A stretch of DNA of 61,607 nt, counting the filler, from Sphacelaria rigidula (lineage: Eukaryota): assembly GCA_964200075.2 (NCBI GenBank). It is 3 parts of 3 records of this genome, joined end to end, with 100 filler letters (N's around TTAATTAATTAA, not from the genome) between each part and the next. Parts side by side here need not be neighbours in the genome. Positions count along the whole stretch, not along the records: positions 20,574 to 41,044 come from CAXNAA020000527.1; 2 more parts are not named here. One strand, written 5' to 3'. Below are positions 24,614 to 38,123 of the stretch, piece by piece. Position 1 is the stretch's first letter, and the number at the start of each line of letters is the position of its first letter. The notes under the pieces were generated by a model. The model searched no databases. It had not been told where the DNA came from and saw nothing but the letters and a program-made list of their open reading frames with translations. A program made the translations under genes and the position numbers.

Positions 24614-26036
24614 CAGTGTTGGATGGAGTAGGCGATGGCGCATTGGCTCAAGATGCTTCATCACATGTGGCGGCGCCCAGTGACGAATGCGCACGTATGC
24701 ACGCGCTGCCCGGTGTCGGAAACGTTTCCCGATAGCAGACTGTCTAAAAAGAGTTGGCGTACAAGATAGTGCCGACGGCATCACCTGGTGAAAAATAGGA
24801 GTGGACAACGCATGTGCATGTGTACCGGGGCGCCATTTCCGGTAAAACTGCTGCTGGGTGATCGACCCCATGTTTTTCATCGCGGATTTATGACGTTGGT
24901 TCCGGCTCGTCGTTCATGGTTCACCACGTACAGGCTTGGTTTCTTGTCGGTGGAGGTCGGAGGGTAGACGAGGTGGATTCTGCATAGTAGGTAGCAGGGC
25001 GCCCCTCCTACAGAACTTGTCGTTGGGCGTTCGGCCCCACGTTTCGACCGTGGATTTGTGGTGTTTTTGTCAGATCGTATTCACCATTTCGCCAACGCTC
25101 CCGTGTCCTTATCGGTGTTTGTGCGAGGGTCAACCGGCAAGGCCTGGCGCGGGACGTTGCACTGTGGGACACACACAATACTGGTTGTTTCACGATAGAT
25201 GCCAGAAAGTTAGTTGTCAGCATCATCGAAGTTCGTTCTCAGCATTATATGGGGCCGCTGGTGGAAACGAATAGTAGCAACGAAATGAATAAAAATGAGG
25301 TCATTGTAACGTTGCGGTTCCCGAGACGGTTGGCAGCCCGATGCAATCGCAAGGTACTCCTGCAACCGTCATCAGCAGGGGAATTCAACTTGAACAGGAC
25401 ACTTCAACACTGTCTGTGTGTGTTTGAGTGATATCCATTTTTGTGTGAGACCCCAGATCAGCGGGTATGATTGACAGATAGCTATGAAGAGTTGCTCGAA
25501 AGATGGCCAGTTGCGTGTTTCCCACTATAATAGCGGACGAGACGCTTGTGTAGCATCGTCGTGGAAAATTCCGCCGTCGAAATTTTGGTGTTTCACTTGT
25601 TTTCGTGTGGAGAGTCACCTCGTCAGAGATACGGGCTATATTTCTCGCGTCGTGTTTTTCGAGGTATACTCAGACGTTTTCCGCACAGATGCTGAGAAAA
25701 CATTTCGAAACTCTCTCCATGAATCGGGTTTCGTATTTTTTCTTCGGTTGCTTTCCACAGATACACGGGGGCGCGCGAGGCGGCGTGGATGACACGCACA
25801 CATCAGCCTTCTGTGACCCCGGATACTTGGGGACATAAACAATAAAAAAAAAACGGGAAAATAGTCAAAGTCGCCCAGAGTTTCTCGCTACCCCAACACC
25901 AACAAGTGAACACACGCCCGAACACCCACATACGTAAGGCCCCCCCTCCCCTTCCCCCGCCAGTGCTCCGTCTCGAAAGGAACGCTTCGTCAATGTTGAA
26001 ACAAGACCATCTTTTATGGCAACCAATGTTGATCTG

Positions 26037-26419
26037 TACGTGTGACGATTTCAGTCCGTTTACAGGCAATTTTCTCCCGTGGATTGATTTATTTTCGGAC
26101 CCCTGTCCGTTTGGCATTTATTTTCGGCTAGCTGTCGGGAAACCAGATCAATTCTCCGATTATCGGAACGTTGACGTTTGATGCATCACCTTTCTGCTGA
26201 AATCTGGACACTCCCGCATCCCCCCCCGTATCTCTCGCAAATTGTTCCCGATTGGAGCAGGAAAGTGATGTATTAAACGTCAACGTTCCGATAATCGGAG
26301 AATTGATCTGGTTTCCTGACGGCTGGCCGAAAAAAAATGCCAAACGGACAGGGGTCCGAAAAAAAATCAATCGGCGGGAGAAAATCGTATATAAAAGGGC
26401 TGAAATTCTCATACGTGTA
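26037..26419. mobile_element. Foldback MITE, ~170-bp arms, TA-flanked (Tc1/mariner-like)
   Basis: ggaaaccagatcaattctccgattatcggaacgttgacgttt is exactly inverted in the right arm; TA at both ends. Confidence 0.8.
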
Positions 26420-26849
26420 CATATCGTGCCATGAAATATGGTCTAAGGCCAGCGAAAAACTAACCCCCCCCCCCCCCCCCCGCCCCTCAGCTGCCAGGTC
26501 AATGATGAGGTGACTAGAAGACACGAGAACATGACCCCTCCTCACCCCGAACCTCATATGACATGCAAGATCATCACTACACCCCCCCCAAACCTCCCCA
26601 CGCCCGCGGTTCCTCAAAATTTTCCACGTGGCGACCGGAGTGCTTGCGCATGAACATAAGGCCACAGCGCAGCATACGAAGCAACGGCAAACGGAAGAAA
26701 AAAGCACAAGATAAAACAAAAGACGCCACCACAAATCGTGCTGCTCCCATGAGCGTCACGTCTGAGCGGTCGCACCGCTCTCAGAAGACACCAGCCAATC
26801 ATACATCCCTCTGTTTCCACCAGCATGAGAAGGAAGTCATCAACTTTTC

Positions 26850-29800
26850 CCTGAATTCCTTGTGCGAAGGCTGGACTTCCTCCTCCTCCTCCTCGTCATT
26901 TTCGCCGCCGCTCCGCCGACCGACGGTGCTGACGTCCTTGTCAGGGGCCACGACGGCAGCGTTATGATCCCCATTGGTTCCGGACCTGCTGACGCCGGCC
27001 CGTCCGTGGTATGCAGCATACTGTGCAAAATGCAGGAGAAGAAGGCGTTGTCCACTCTTTCTTTCTCACGGAACAGGATGGGCAGCTTCAGGAATCGGAA
27101 TCGACCCGTCATCAGAAACACTCCACGCCCTTCCTCACCCTCTCCGGTCACTTGCCGAGTAAGGCATCTGCCTGGCTGCAGGGACACTTTTTAGGCGGTG
27201 TCGGCACCCGTCACTGTCAGCGAGTAAACGCAGGGGACGAAAAGAGTAGAGCAGATTATATGGCGAGCTGCGGACGAAGAAAACACTGGTCGCCTGGGAG
27301 GACGACGAAATACGAGCACTTGCTGCGGCACCATTTGAATCTGTTCCAGAAGCACTGGTGTAATGTACTTGGCCGTCTCATACACGTGAGTGTTCCTTGC
27401 CCTACTCCCTTTTTTACAACATGCGGTCTTGAGTGCTCTGGGGTGAGGAAGTGAACACGACCGGGGGCGTGGGGTGTTGGGGGGCTTGGTATGATCTCAA
27501 TACTCCACCAACATACGCAGTAAACACTCTCAGCAATACCTTCGGTTACAGCATCACTTGGCTACGAATCCAATACTCCACCCAAAAACCAGATAATTTG
27601 GGGACTATTTCTATACTCGACGCCAATTTCGGGTACGGCGCATTGGCCAAAACGTCAAATACTCGATCCAAAGAGTGGGTAAGTACTCTCAACAATACTT
27701 GGGCATCGTTTTTGTGTGACGTCAATGCTCGACCTGGCTTAGGGTAAGTTGGGCACCACTTTTACATTCAACTCTGATTTTGGAGAGATTGGGTAAGACC
27801 TCAAATACTCCATCCTAACACTGGGCAAGCACTCCCACAGCTGTAGAGTTCCACTTGGGTATGACCTCAACACTACACCTAATGTTTAGGATAGAATGGG
27901 CACGATTTACGTACTCGACCCTGATTTGCACTAGACAGGGCGAAACCTTACATCATACCCCACGTAAATATTGGCCTAACTCTGCCAACAATATCTGGGT
28001 GTAGAGTATCATTGTCGTACGAACTCAATACTCTATCCAAATTTGGGTAAGTCGGGCGTGATGTTGATCTTCGACCCTATTTTTCGGTAGGCCCAGCAGG
28101 ACCTCGACTGTTCGACCCGTTAATTGGGTATGCACTGTGAGCAATATCTGGGTGGAGAGTATCATCGTTGTTTGACCTCAATGCTCTGCACAACTCGAGG
28201 TAAGTTCGACACGATTCTTGTATTCGACTCAAAAACTTTCGGGGGAGATGGGGTAAGACCTCAGATACTACACCCGAATACGGGGTGAACACTCTGAGTA
28301 ATGTAGAGGGTATGACCCCAACACTCCACCCAATGGTTGGATAAGTTGGCACGATTTTGATACTCGATCCCAATTTACAGTAGATGCGGGAACACCTCAA
28401 ATTCTCGACGGAAGTATCGGGTAAGCACCATTAACACCCACGTGGAGAGAAACCACACCTACCCCCGAAAACACACAGTTACCCCACGGCCCAAAATATA
28501 GCACAGAACCCGCCGCTGAACCCATCATACACGCTTCGCAGACAACCTCCGCAGCTTCGTTTTATGATTTTTTGTGCTTGGAATATCGATACATATTCTA
28601 CGCGGAGTAATGTCCCACGGCATTGTATGCAACATCGAGTAGTGAGGTAAGGTGTGGTACTGTGAATTTTGTGTTGGCTACGGCGTGTGTGATACTGCAA
28701 CCCATCATCAGAATAAACCGAAGTGCTTTTTCTCGAGCAGGAGCGATGGGCTTTATATACGCCCCGGCGATGTAGCGGGTATGAAAATAATATCAACTGC
28801 GTTTCTCGAGCTTCAGCGATGGGATATATATTTCTGCTGTATGATTTTTTGTCATGCGCGCTTGCTTGTCGAGGTCATCATTTCCCCATCCCTCGCATTT
28901 GTTTGATTTTTCGCAGAGGATACCATCATGTTCGCAGCGTCAAGGTAAATGCTTTGATTCGATCGAAACATGGCAAAGTAGTGGCCGCAAAATACACTTT
29001 GCATATCACCGGCTTAAACAACACAGTATGCATAACACATCACACCTGGCGTTGTGATCGAATACCTCTTTTACCTGTTGCCTCCTAGATGATGAACAAA
29101 TTTTGTTGGACGGAACTATCACACCGCGTGCTGTGCCGCCGCTTCCATCATGTCAGATGACGAATCACACATCTCTGCTGCTGAACTCTCATACAATCAG
29201 GCGTGCACCCACTCCGGGTTAGGTTGCTAGCTTGCCAGCGCAGCTCCGTTAGGTTTTGCACGCTGCGTCCCTACGAAAATAGCGGGATAATATCGAGCAT
29301 CGACATCCGATACGTAAAGCGTCATTTTCCAAGTATCGAAGATACTATCGATGTTGGCATTTTCCCGACGACATTTCGAACTATTGTTCCAAATTTTTTA
29401 TTCCGTGCGATATTCAGCACTGTTTACCAAATCCTACCACCAAATATTCATTTCACTCATTGACTGACTGTCACACTTTTTTCCTTGCCACGGCTTCTTG
29501 TTCTATACGACTGGATGTGAGTGTGGTTCCGCCCAAGACCTTTTCCGCCGCAGTCATGTGGCAGAGGGGTGCCATTTCTATGCTGTACAGTAGTGGGCGG
29601 TCTAACTATTAATTTTGAGGCATTTTGTGATTTTTTCGTAATTGGCGATTTTCTTGGGCTTTTTCGCTTGCCACCTCTTATCATATCGGGGATCTGAAGA
29701 TATTGGTATCCACTCCACATTCCAAGAAGAAAAAATCACCTGCACTCAATATTGAGTGACTCACGGGCTGACCAGTCATCCGGGGTCCTGTCACGTTTCA

Positions 29801-32440
29801 GCCCAGGTTCTTACTCTCCTGTATTTTTGGTCGATCGAGCCCGACCCGATCATATTCTTGAAGAAATGTACAGTTTTGTTTTTTCGAAATTCTGCCTACT
29901 CAGTGCATTAGGGCCGAAAAATTGTGTCCGACGGTCAATAATACCCTCCTGATGAACGGGATATTTTCTCGTTTCGCCCGATAACACCAACTAACACTGA
30001 CTTGGGCACTGTGTTTCGAAGATGATCTGTTTTTTTGTACCAAAATTTACCGACGCTAGCAATTTCGAATTCTATCGAAGAGTAGTACGCGAGGAACACC
30101 TCAAAACACCCCTAAATAGTTAGAACGCTCACTACTGTAGTTCTCGCTGTGGTGTTGTGCACGTGAACACTCCACGACAAACATGGTGTAAAGTGCGATG
30201 GAGAGTGCCTGAACAGTTGTGCTGCTGCATGCCGTGTAACGGTCTGCACAGAATTGGGGTGGGATCAAAGTGCTGTCCACACAAAGTTGAAACGATTACA
30301 TGACGGTTGTGCAGCTGTCCACTGGCCCTTCAGTTGTCGTCGGGTGCTGTGATCAGAGAAGACACGCAAGGCGGGTGCGTGCAGGATCGGGCACACAAAC
30401 GGAGCCAGCATGGAGCTGCTGTACCCCCAGCGGCTGATCATAGCAACTGTCAGACTGACTCTCAGCGGCGCAATATGTGGGCCAATAACAGCTATTTTGC
30501 CACTAAACATTCCACTCGCTTATCTCATCTGATCGGTCACAGGTCGCCGTATTTTCGTGTATTGAAAGCCTCTGATAGGTCGAAATATCTTGCCACTCAT
30601 GTTTCCTACCCCTATCTGTAAGCCCTTCGCGTAAACTCTTGTTCGACAAGAAAAAAAAACACGACGCCCTCGACCACTGCAGTTGATGCACGAGTACCCC
30701 CCCGCCGGACTCGCGCTCGATGCTGCAGGTTTTTCTGGTAGCTCAGCATGAGTCGTGTGGGCATTGCGGGGATCTGAGAATCGGTGGTACCTGGCGTGGT
30801 CGTCTCGGTGCGCTTTTACGCGTTTCCCCAGCATGTTTGCGATCGAAATCGGCCGAAAAAAGTTTAGCTCGGACGTAATTTATCTCCTGCCCATCTGCCA
30901 CTCATTTCAAAGCATAGACGAAACCAGCTTCAAATACGAAATGCTGTTAGATGGGAAGCTTCCTTTCTGCCGCACGTTTTCGAGTGAGATACAGTATGCT
31001 AAGACACGCCCTACAGCACGGGGTAATACAAAGAAAGGAATAACTGTGACAGGGACCGACATGTTCCCACCGCTTTCGGTTATGTTCACCTCGTGGTAGC
31101 CGTTGTCTATCAGCAAGTAGTTCCCCTTGCACTCCACCGTCGTACCGTCGGCCGCCGTTGGATGGAACACTCGGTTTTTGTAGACTGAATCATTCTTCAT
31201 CTTCGTCACAGCAGAGTCAAACCGGATGATCATCTTGTCGTGGAAGGACCCAGGGAAGCCTATCGTGACGGCGAGGACGCGCCCCGAGTTATCGACCGTC
31301 GCCTGATATACGATACTCGGATACCCTTCCTTACCCGTGTGCAGCCGTTGCTCGCTGTGAGGGAAGCAGTCCCACTTTACGTGGGTCACATCCGTGGACC
31401 CCGCGGCTCCTGTGAATCCGAGTTGGTGAAAGTCCTCAACGACCTTGTCCTCATCCTCTCCGCTCGGAAGGCGCACGTGATCGTACAGCTCCTGAGCGAA
31501 GTGCTCGCAGAACGCATGAAAGGACATACCCGCCACCGGTTCGCTCATCAACGACATCTGGCTAATGTCGTCGAAGCACAGGCCTCTCTCTGCCCAGAGT
31601 TTGCGGCGCAGCCAGCACCTGCATGTCGGGGACACCAGCGCGTATAATGCACGTTCCCGCCGATGGTGGGTAAATCTTTCGCCGCGATATGGAAATTTCG
31701 GCGGTTTTTGCTGACGTACGGGTGCATCGTCAAGCAAAAACGTTGTTACCGAAAACAGCCATGCCGATGTGCTATGTATCCACAACACTCCGCGCTTGCA
31801 CCTTGCCGTCGCCTACACTCAAGTTACGACACAGTGCGGTGCGGTGCAATGCATAGGTTGCACTGCAGACTGCCACAATTAGCAGTACTGCTTTGTACAC
31901 CCTCGGATTCTGTACACCGTACAGTCAGTATGCGGCTGAAGTGTATTCACACTACCGTACAAGGAAATTTGCTGAGCGCTGTGTAAAAACGCTGTGAACA
32001 CCGCAATATATAGCAACTCCTCTCCCATGCTCACACCACACATACCTTCAGCTCCACGGGAATGCACTGCTGCCCGGACGCGTCCACAACCCTCGATGAC
32101 AACCATTTTCGCTTCTGTACAAGCTCAACGACCTGAAGGAAAAAAATCGTATGGCACTCGAAAACAGCGTCTGAAGACGTTGGCCGCTCGCGATGCGGGA
32201 TCCGCGAGTGCTGGGTTACCAAGCATTCTAGCCCACGTTGGGCCTTCATATGATGGGCTGGGATAGACGGTGCGCGGTGCTCTCCGACCATCACCTTCGC
32301 CGTCTTCGTCGTCTGGCCCACCTCATGTGACGGCTTCTGTTCTGGCGCATCGCATATGCAACCGCCAGCATGATCATCTCGACAGCCTGTTCTTCGTTCT
32401 CAGCCTCAGCAACCACGGCCTCGTCTTTTCCCTCCACATC
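26850..32440 (-). pseudogene. PIF/Harbinger DDE transposase pseudogene, three exons (~32440-32046, 31618-31090, 27213-~26850)
   Basis: Exon 1: TWARML..FRRCFRVPYDFF..IPVELK|gtatg. Exon 2: cag|VLAAPQTLGR..CFDDIS..GAAGSTDVTH..GFPGSFHD..LLIDNGYHE|gtgaac. Exon 3: cag|*RVPTPPKK..ERVRKGVECF..GRFRFLKLPILF..CILHSML. All three catalytic D-D-E motifs are present, with frameshifts and in-frame stops. Confidence 0.85.
27440..28470. repeat. Degenerate internally repetitive element (TACTC..CCC / GGGTA units) inside the transposase intron
   Basis: gggtaagacctca at ~27790 and ~28250; caatatctgggtg at ~27990 and ~28142. Confidence 0.65.
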
Positions 32441-35400
32441 CCTCTTGCTTATTTCTGTCACGCCCCGCACAAACTACGGAACACGTTCGAAGCTGAGTTC
32501 GTCCTATAACTGCTGCTTGCCGACACCGTTCATGAGACTGTCGCCCACGGCTGGTATATGTGCTTCGATTGCGTGCAGTTTTATAAAACGTCAAACGCTT
32601 ATTGTCCCAACACCGTACGTCAACGTGCGTACGTCACACTAAAAAAAAATCGGGGGGAGGAACGATTTCCCCGATTAAAAAAAAACCCAGGGGAAATCGT
32701 TCTGAGATCGTGACACCACGATTTTTTCCCCGATTTGGTCGAAATCGGGGGTCGATAAAATGCGTTCTCCGATTTTTCCCCCCGATATCGACACAATCAA
32801 AATTGGTGACTGCTGTAACAGATGGTCTTAAACACCGCCCCCCAACAAAATTCAGCGCGATCTAACGATAACGACTTTACTAGTGACGGGGTTTCGTTTA
32901 GACTTTAGTACCGAGATATACCCATACGCCACGGCATTACTCGACCTGTCGTCAAAGAAACGAGAAAGCGTCTGACCAGGCTGTCGAGTAGGTGAGCATC
33001 TACCCCTTTATTAGGCGATTTTAAAAATGAGCGGCTCACGGCTCAATTCGTCTGCGTCGATGAGATATGGCTATGACAGTTTGAACAGTCTGAATCGGTC
33101 TTCAGGCTGGCTCAGCTCGCCGGAATAACCAAATACTATACGAGCTGGGCCAGCCGAGAAGCGAATTGATAATTTGCAGGCCCATTGGCCGGCCAATATT
33201 TAGAGTTGGACCCTAATATTTGGTATGGACAATGAATAGGGCATAACAAAAACAAACACCAGTGCACACGAGGGTCTTTGTTTTTTCATGAGTAAAGGGC
33301 CCACGTTTGGTTTTTGGATATTAAAATTTTGTGTGGACCCTCGCTAGGGCATAATTGACGAACAAAGTGGGTCAGGTTGATTTTTTTTTTCTTCATTGGT
33401 TCAGGGCGTTTTAGTACGGAAACGATCATTTTTTTTACGCGAACGCCCAAACCTGTCCTCCCTCCCCAATAAATGAGAATTTCATACAGCATACCTCTGT
33501 GGTTCTTTATGCTGAGTTTCAAATCACAATTAAAAAAATTGAGCGAAAAAATTGAGATAAGGCTCAAGAGCAGTGTATATTTATTTCCAAAAATGCCCTG
33601 CCGAAAAAAAATGAAAAGGCTGTTTTTTTAGCTTTATTATGCATCATCGGCTTTTCATACGAAATTTCATAGCACAACTCTCAAAAACTGAGACGCGATA
33701 TCCAGATTTATTTCATCAAGTGTCTCTCCTCGTAAAATATTGATTCTAGTATGGAAACCTATGTACGCCATATCTCGAGATAGATAACGAATCAAGTCAA
33801 GGTGAGGGTATCCATCGTCTCCCCGTGCTCAAGGGAATATCCACACCAAAAATCGGCATCCGCTGAATGTCTCGATCGGGGTTTTCATATAGACTTCAGT
33901 ATGGATGCTATCTCCGTTGGGTATAGGAAAACCAGACATGGGGTTTAACCAACGAGAAAATATTGCCCCAGACTCTTGAGCAGATGGGCCCCTTCCCCTT
34001 AACTAGACGATAAATACGAGATGAGGATCATGGCCCAACTCGTCTGTGTCGATGAGATATTGCTTTGAGAGCATAAATCCGTTTCGAAGCTGGCCCAGCT
34101 CGTCCCGTGGTAGACACTCGTATACTGCAGACTGTAATATTTTAGTACTGTCTGTACAGACAACAGACCAAAATGTGTAAAGTTGAGATTGAGATCGGTG
34201 TTGCGCCGAAAGAAAAAAAAGTAAAAAGCGTGCCGAATTTTGCATACAAGAGTCATTGTATAAATTTTCAGGTGGGATCACCCGCAAAATAGGTATAGTT
34301 CACACGAGCGAGGTGCCCCAGAGGGAGGACCTACGGCCCAACACGCGGCATATCAGAAAAGCTATGTTCAAGGCTGGAACGTCGGCAAAAGTTGCAGGCT
34401 GAGAACGTGATTATGTCCCGCGTTCGGTGCTGTGAATGGTGTTGCTCGGTACGGGTGCCTTGCGGACCCCAGTGTACGACGATAGGTGGCGACCACGCTT
34501 CGCATTCCAGCGCATCACCACGCCTAGGGAGTAGTAAATGGAGTGTGCAATCTGCCTGAAAAAGGAGCATCTCAATTGCTTTCGAAGAGAACGCGAACGG
34601 CACGATTGTTTGCATTCATGTCTGGCGGCGCAGCTGATTGCTTTGGAATTTGAAAACTCCGTCATGACCACTACAAAAGGGCAGCATAGCACGCTGATGC
34701 AATGTTCGATCTACAGACAGTACCTACCGTAATATTGCGTACCCGCATCTGATATGCGGCGTAACCAGGGCGTGACCGCATCTAATGTTTATTTAGACAC
34801 TTTCCTATGGTGAACTCCCAACTTCCCGGGCAAATTTGCTTGTGGAATCCTCGCCTGCGACTGCGCGCTCCATCCTTACACTTTGCACAGTTGTCGGACA
34901 CAACACAGACAGCACATGTGCGAGGAATCTGCGCGATTGGGTCCCAGACTTTCCTACAAAATGGCCACAAGCGATTTTGGGAAATGCCGTCCATGCACCC
35001 TAAAATCGGCTTTACAGCAGCCCAGACTTTGCACACCACAGGCGAATGCATATATGCACGCGAAGATGCACAAACTTAGACATGTTGAGCGGCTGGGCGG
35101 CCGATGTGGTGGCAAACTGACATTGGTCTGTACTGCGAACCTTTCTGGATCATGACCATCTGTATTGTACCGATCGGCATACAGTCTGCAGAGCTGCGCG
35201 GTTCATGACGCACGGCCCTACGCGCGCTGTAGCCGCTGCGAGGGGCTGAAACTTCGCTCACACGCTGTGCGAATCACAGTAAACAGTTCCACGTCGCTAT
35301 ATCTGGTGCTGTGGGCTGCAGCAGTGCGCACTACAGGGAAAAGCGGTCATATTCTGTTCCGAAAAAAACTTTCTCTTGTCTATAGGGGCAACAATGAGAT

Positions 35401-36150
35401 GCGGTACGTTTATTTATATGAACAAGTTGAACATGCCTGGTGTCTTTGGCCACGCGTCCAGCTGACAGCACGCCGAGCCTTCGGGTGCTCATCGAAGCAG
35501 AAATAGCGAGTGGATTTCCGCCCCGACCATCGCAACCCACTGCCTTGGACCAAAAACTAGCGCGCTGATGTGGCAGTAGCAGCAGTAGTAGCCTCTTAGC
35601 GGGATTTGGGTGCTGTTGTGTCGGATATGGAGGCATACAGCTAACACTACAGCTCCGGCTATGCAGCAAGGTGAAGCATCGTGTCGCCATTGTTGCTGAA
35701 CTGCGAGAAACTAGGGTAGGAGACAAGAATGATGTGCATGGGTGCATACTGCGGCCAGCTAAGAGAAGGGTGATGGCTGCACGCGCCTCCGCCCGAGGGT
35801 GTCGCATTTGGTTACTTGAACCAACTGGTTCACGAGCACGAATGGAGAAACTGGATCACATTTGCATATGTCTTTATCCAGTTTTTTCACGTTTTTGGTT
35901 GCTCCGCCTGCCGCGTTTAGACTCTCCGAAATCCTTGTAAACAGCTGTTGTGCACTCGTCAAGGTGCTTCGACATCTGTCTTCGGCATCGCTTCCGCTGA
36001 AACATCCCACAAAAAGGAGGGGATAAACTCTTCCTCGAAGAAGTGAAGCCTCTGGCGATGATGTTCAACGACACACTTCGACACGACGCTGTACTGTGTG
36101 TGCATTTTCGCGTTCTACAGTAAAGGACCTTATTATCGACAAGAACAAAA

Positions 36151-37542
36151 AATAGGAGAAGGTCCACAATTTCAGCAATTTCCCAACGGTCCGCAGGGTC
36201 CGTTACTATGATCGGAAATGTAGACTTTTCCTGGGCAGTGCGGTGCAATGCCCACCCCCGACACAACCGGCTCCTCACCACACCTCTCCGCATATATTTC
36301 TCTAGCACAACCACAAGAAGCATGACAGACGGCACCCACCGATCGGCAGAAGAGAGACCGGCGAGATGCCGAAGTGTGCCGGCCCGATTTTTGCAACCTG
36401 GCGAGAGCAGCGTCGTTGCGGGGTACGTCCCGATCCGTGCAGCAAGCACCAACGGCAGACAAGCCATGCCGGCCAGCTCTGTTGATGTTGGCCGACCCGG
36501 GGGAGGAAGAAGCCATGCAGCGCATGGGCTTCCGGGGTTCGGCCGTGCGGTCGCGGATCACATAACTGGCCTTGCAGTGTTCGACCGCAGCACTCGCCTG
36601 CAATCGTTGACCTGGTTAGCCGATGCTGCAATGAGGGCTGGTGGGGCCGATTCCTAGGACGAGGAATAAGACCCCACGGCGGCCGACAAAAGGCGGCGGC
36701 AGCAACACCGTAATGGGAAAAGGCAGCAGAGCGTTCAGTTGCGAGCGCATCAGAAGGATAACCGCAGGGTGGAGGGTAGGGCGCAGGCACGCTCGATATC
36801 GAATACGTCGAGCAGCATTGACGACATAGATGGCAGCTTCCGTTCCGATTCCGCCACCGACCGATCGGACAAGGAAAACAAGGAAAACACACATACCGGT
36901 CTCGTGGAGTACGGCACCGAGCTCAGCGACGATGACGAAGACTACGGGCCGGGCGAAGCGACAGAAGCTGAAGGCGGCGGGGGCAAGTTCAAAGCAGGGA
37001 AGGAGAAAAGGCGTGTCGCGACGCCGACGGTTGTCGCCGGTCCGTCAACATCTGCCGCGCGCCCCAAACCCCAACTTCAAGCCAGTGTCGACAGAGCGAT
37101 CAACTCGCAGTTGGCATACCCGCAAACGGCGGCGCAATTGTTGCAGAAGCTGTGTACACGGCAGGGGATAAGGAACATGGCTTCTTCCTCCCCCGGGTCG
37201 GCCAACATCAACAGAGCTGGCCGGCACGGCTTGTCTGCCGTTGGTGCTTGCGGCACGGATCGGGGCGTACCCCGCAACGACGCTGCTCTCGCCAGGTTGC
37301 AAAAATCGGGCCGGCACACTTCGGCATCTCGCCGGTCTCTCTTTTGTCGGTCTATGGGTGCCGTCTGACATGCTTCTTGTGGTTGTGCTAGAGAGATATA
37401 TGCGGAGAGGTGTGGTGAGGAGCCGGTTGTGTCGGGGGTGGGCATTGCACCGCACTGCCCAGGAAAAGTCAACATTTCCGATCATAGTAACGGACCCTGC
37501 GGACCGTTGGGAGATTGCCGAAACTTTGGAACTTCTCTTATT
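36151..37542. repeat. Long inverted duplication: ~367-bp arms (36151-36517 / 37176-37542), 658-bp spacer
   Basis: Near-identical arms; mirror ORFs 36208..36657(+) and 37045..37485(-) translate almost identically. Confidence 0.95.
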
Positions 37543-37619
37543 ATGCGTACCGATGCGTGCGATCCAATCATATTTCTCGCTTTAAGTGCATATCTTCTCG
37601 GGGTATGAGCGCCGCAGTG

Positions 37620-38123
37620 CGCTGGGGGGCTCACTTCGGAAGTAATCGACAGTGTAGGACAGTGGATGAAAGAATGTTAGATAATGTTCCGACTGACCAT
37701 TCTCTCGGTCAAGATGCAGTGGGAGGATACCAGATGTGAAAAAGATATTGACTCGACCGAGTTGTGAGATCGTGAAGAAGAGGTCCTGGGATTGTTTCTG
37801 CTCGGTGTTCAACTTCCCTACGTGGTCTAACCCGACCGAACGGTCTGCAAGATCGGCGGCCTACTCAAGATGACGTCGATCACTTGAGGAAGGTGAGCAT
37901 GGTGGCGCGGCGATCCATCGTCGAACCACGTTCAGTCCGAGGGTTTTTCAACACTATGCCTGAGGGGAGGTTTTATGGGTCGCGGCCTAGTGATCGAGGG
38001 TCAGCACGAGGATGAACCCGGCAGAACGACTGCTCCGAGAGGATGGTCAGTCGGACCATTATCTAACATTCTTTCATCCACTGTCCTACACTGTCGATTA
38101 CTTCCGAGGTGAACCCCCCAGCG
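37620..38123. repeat. Inverted duplication, ~89-bp arms (37620-37708 / 38035-38123)
   Basis: gaagtaatcgacagtgtaggacagtggatgaaagaatgttagataatg is exactly inverted. Confidence 0.9.

Noticed and set aside
30907..31788. Intact 293-aa transposase or domesticated HARBI1
   Set aside because: The ORF runs through introns at both ends, and the true exons contain frameshifts and stops.
34330..35500. MULE or other Cys-rich transposase
   Set aside because: Only isolated, unconvincing motifs (FMSGGAAD, ICLWN) in different frames.
35874..37585. Duplicated genes implied by mirror ORFs
   Set aside because: They arise from the inverted repeat in GC-rich DNA and show no recognisable domain.
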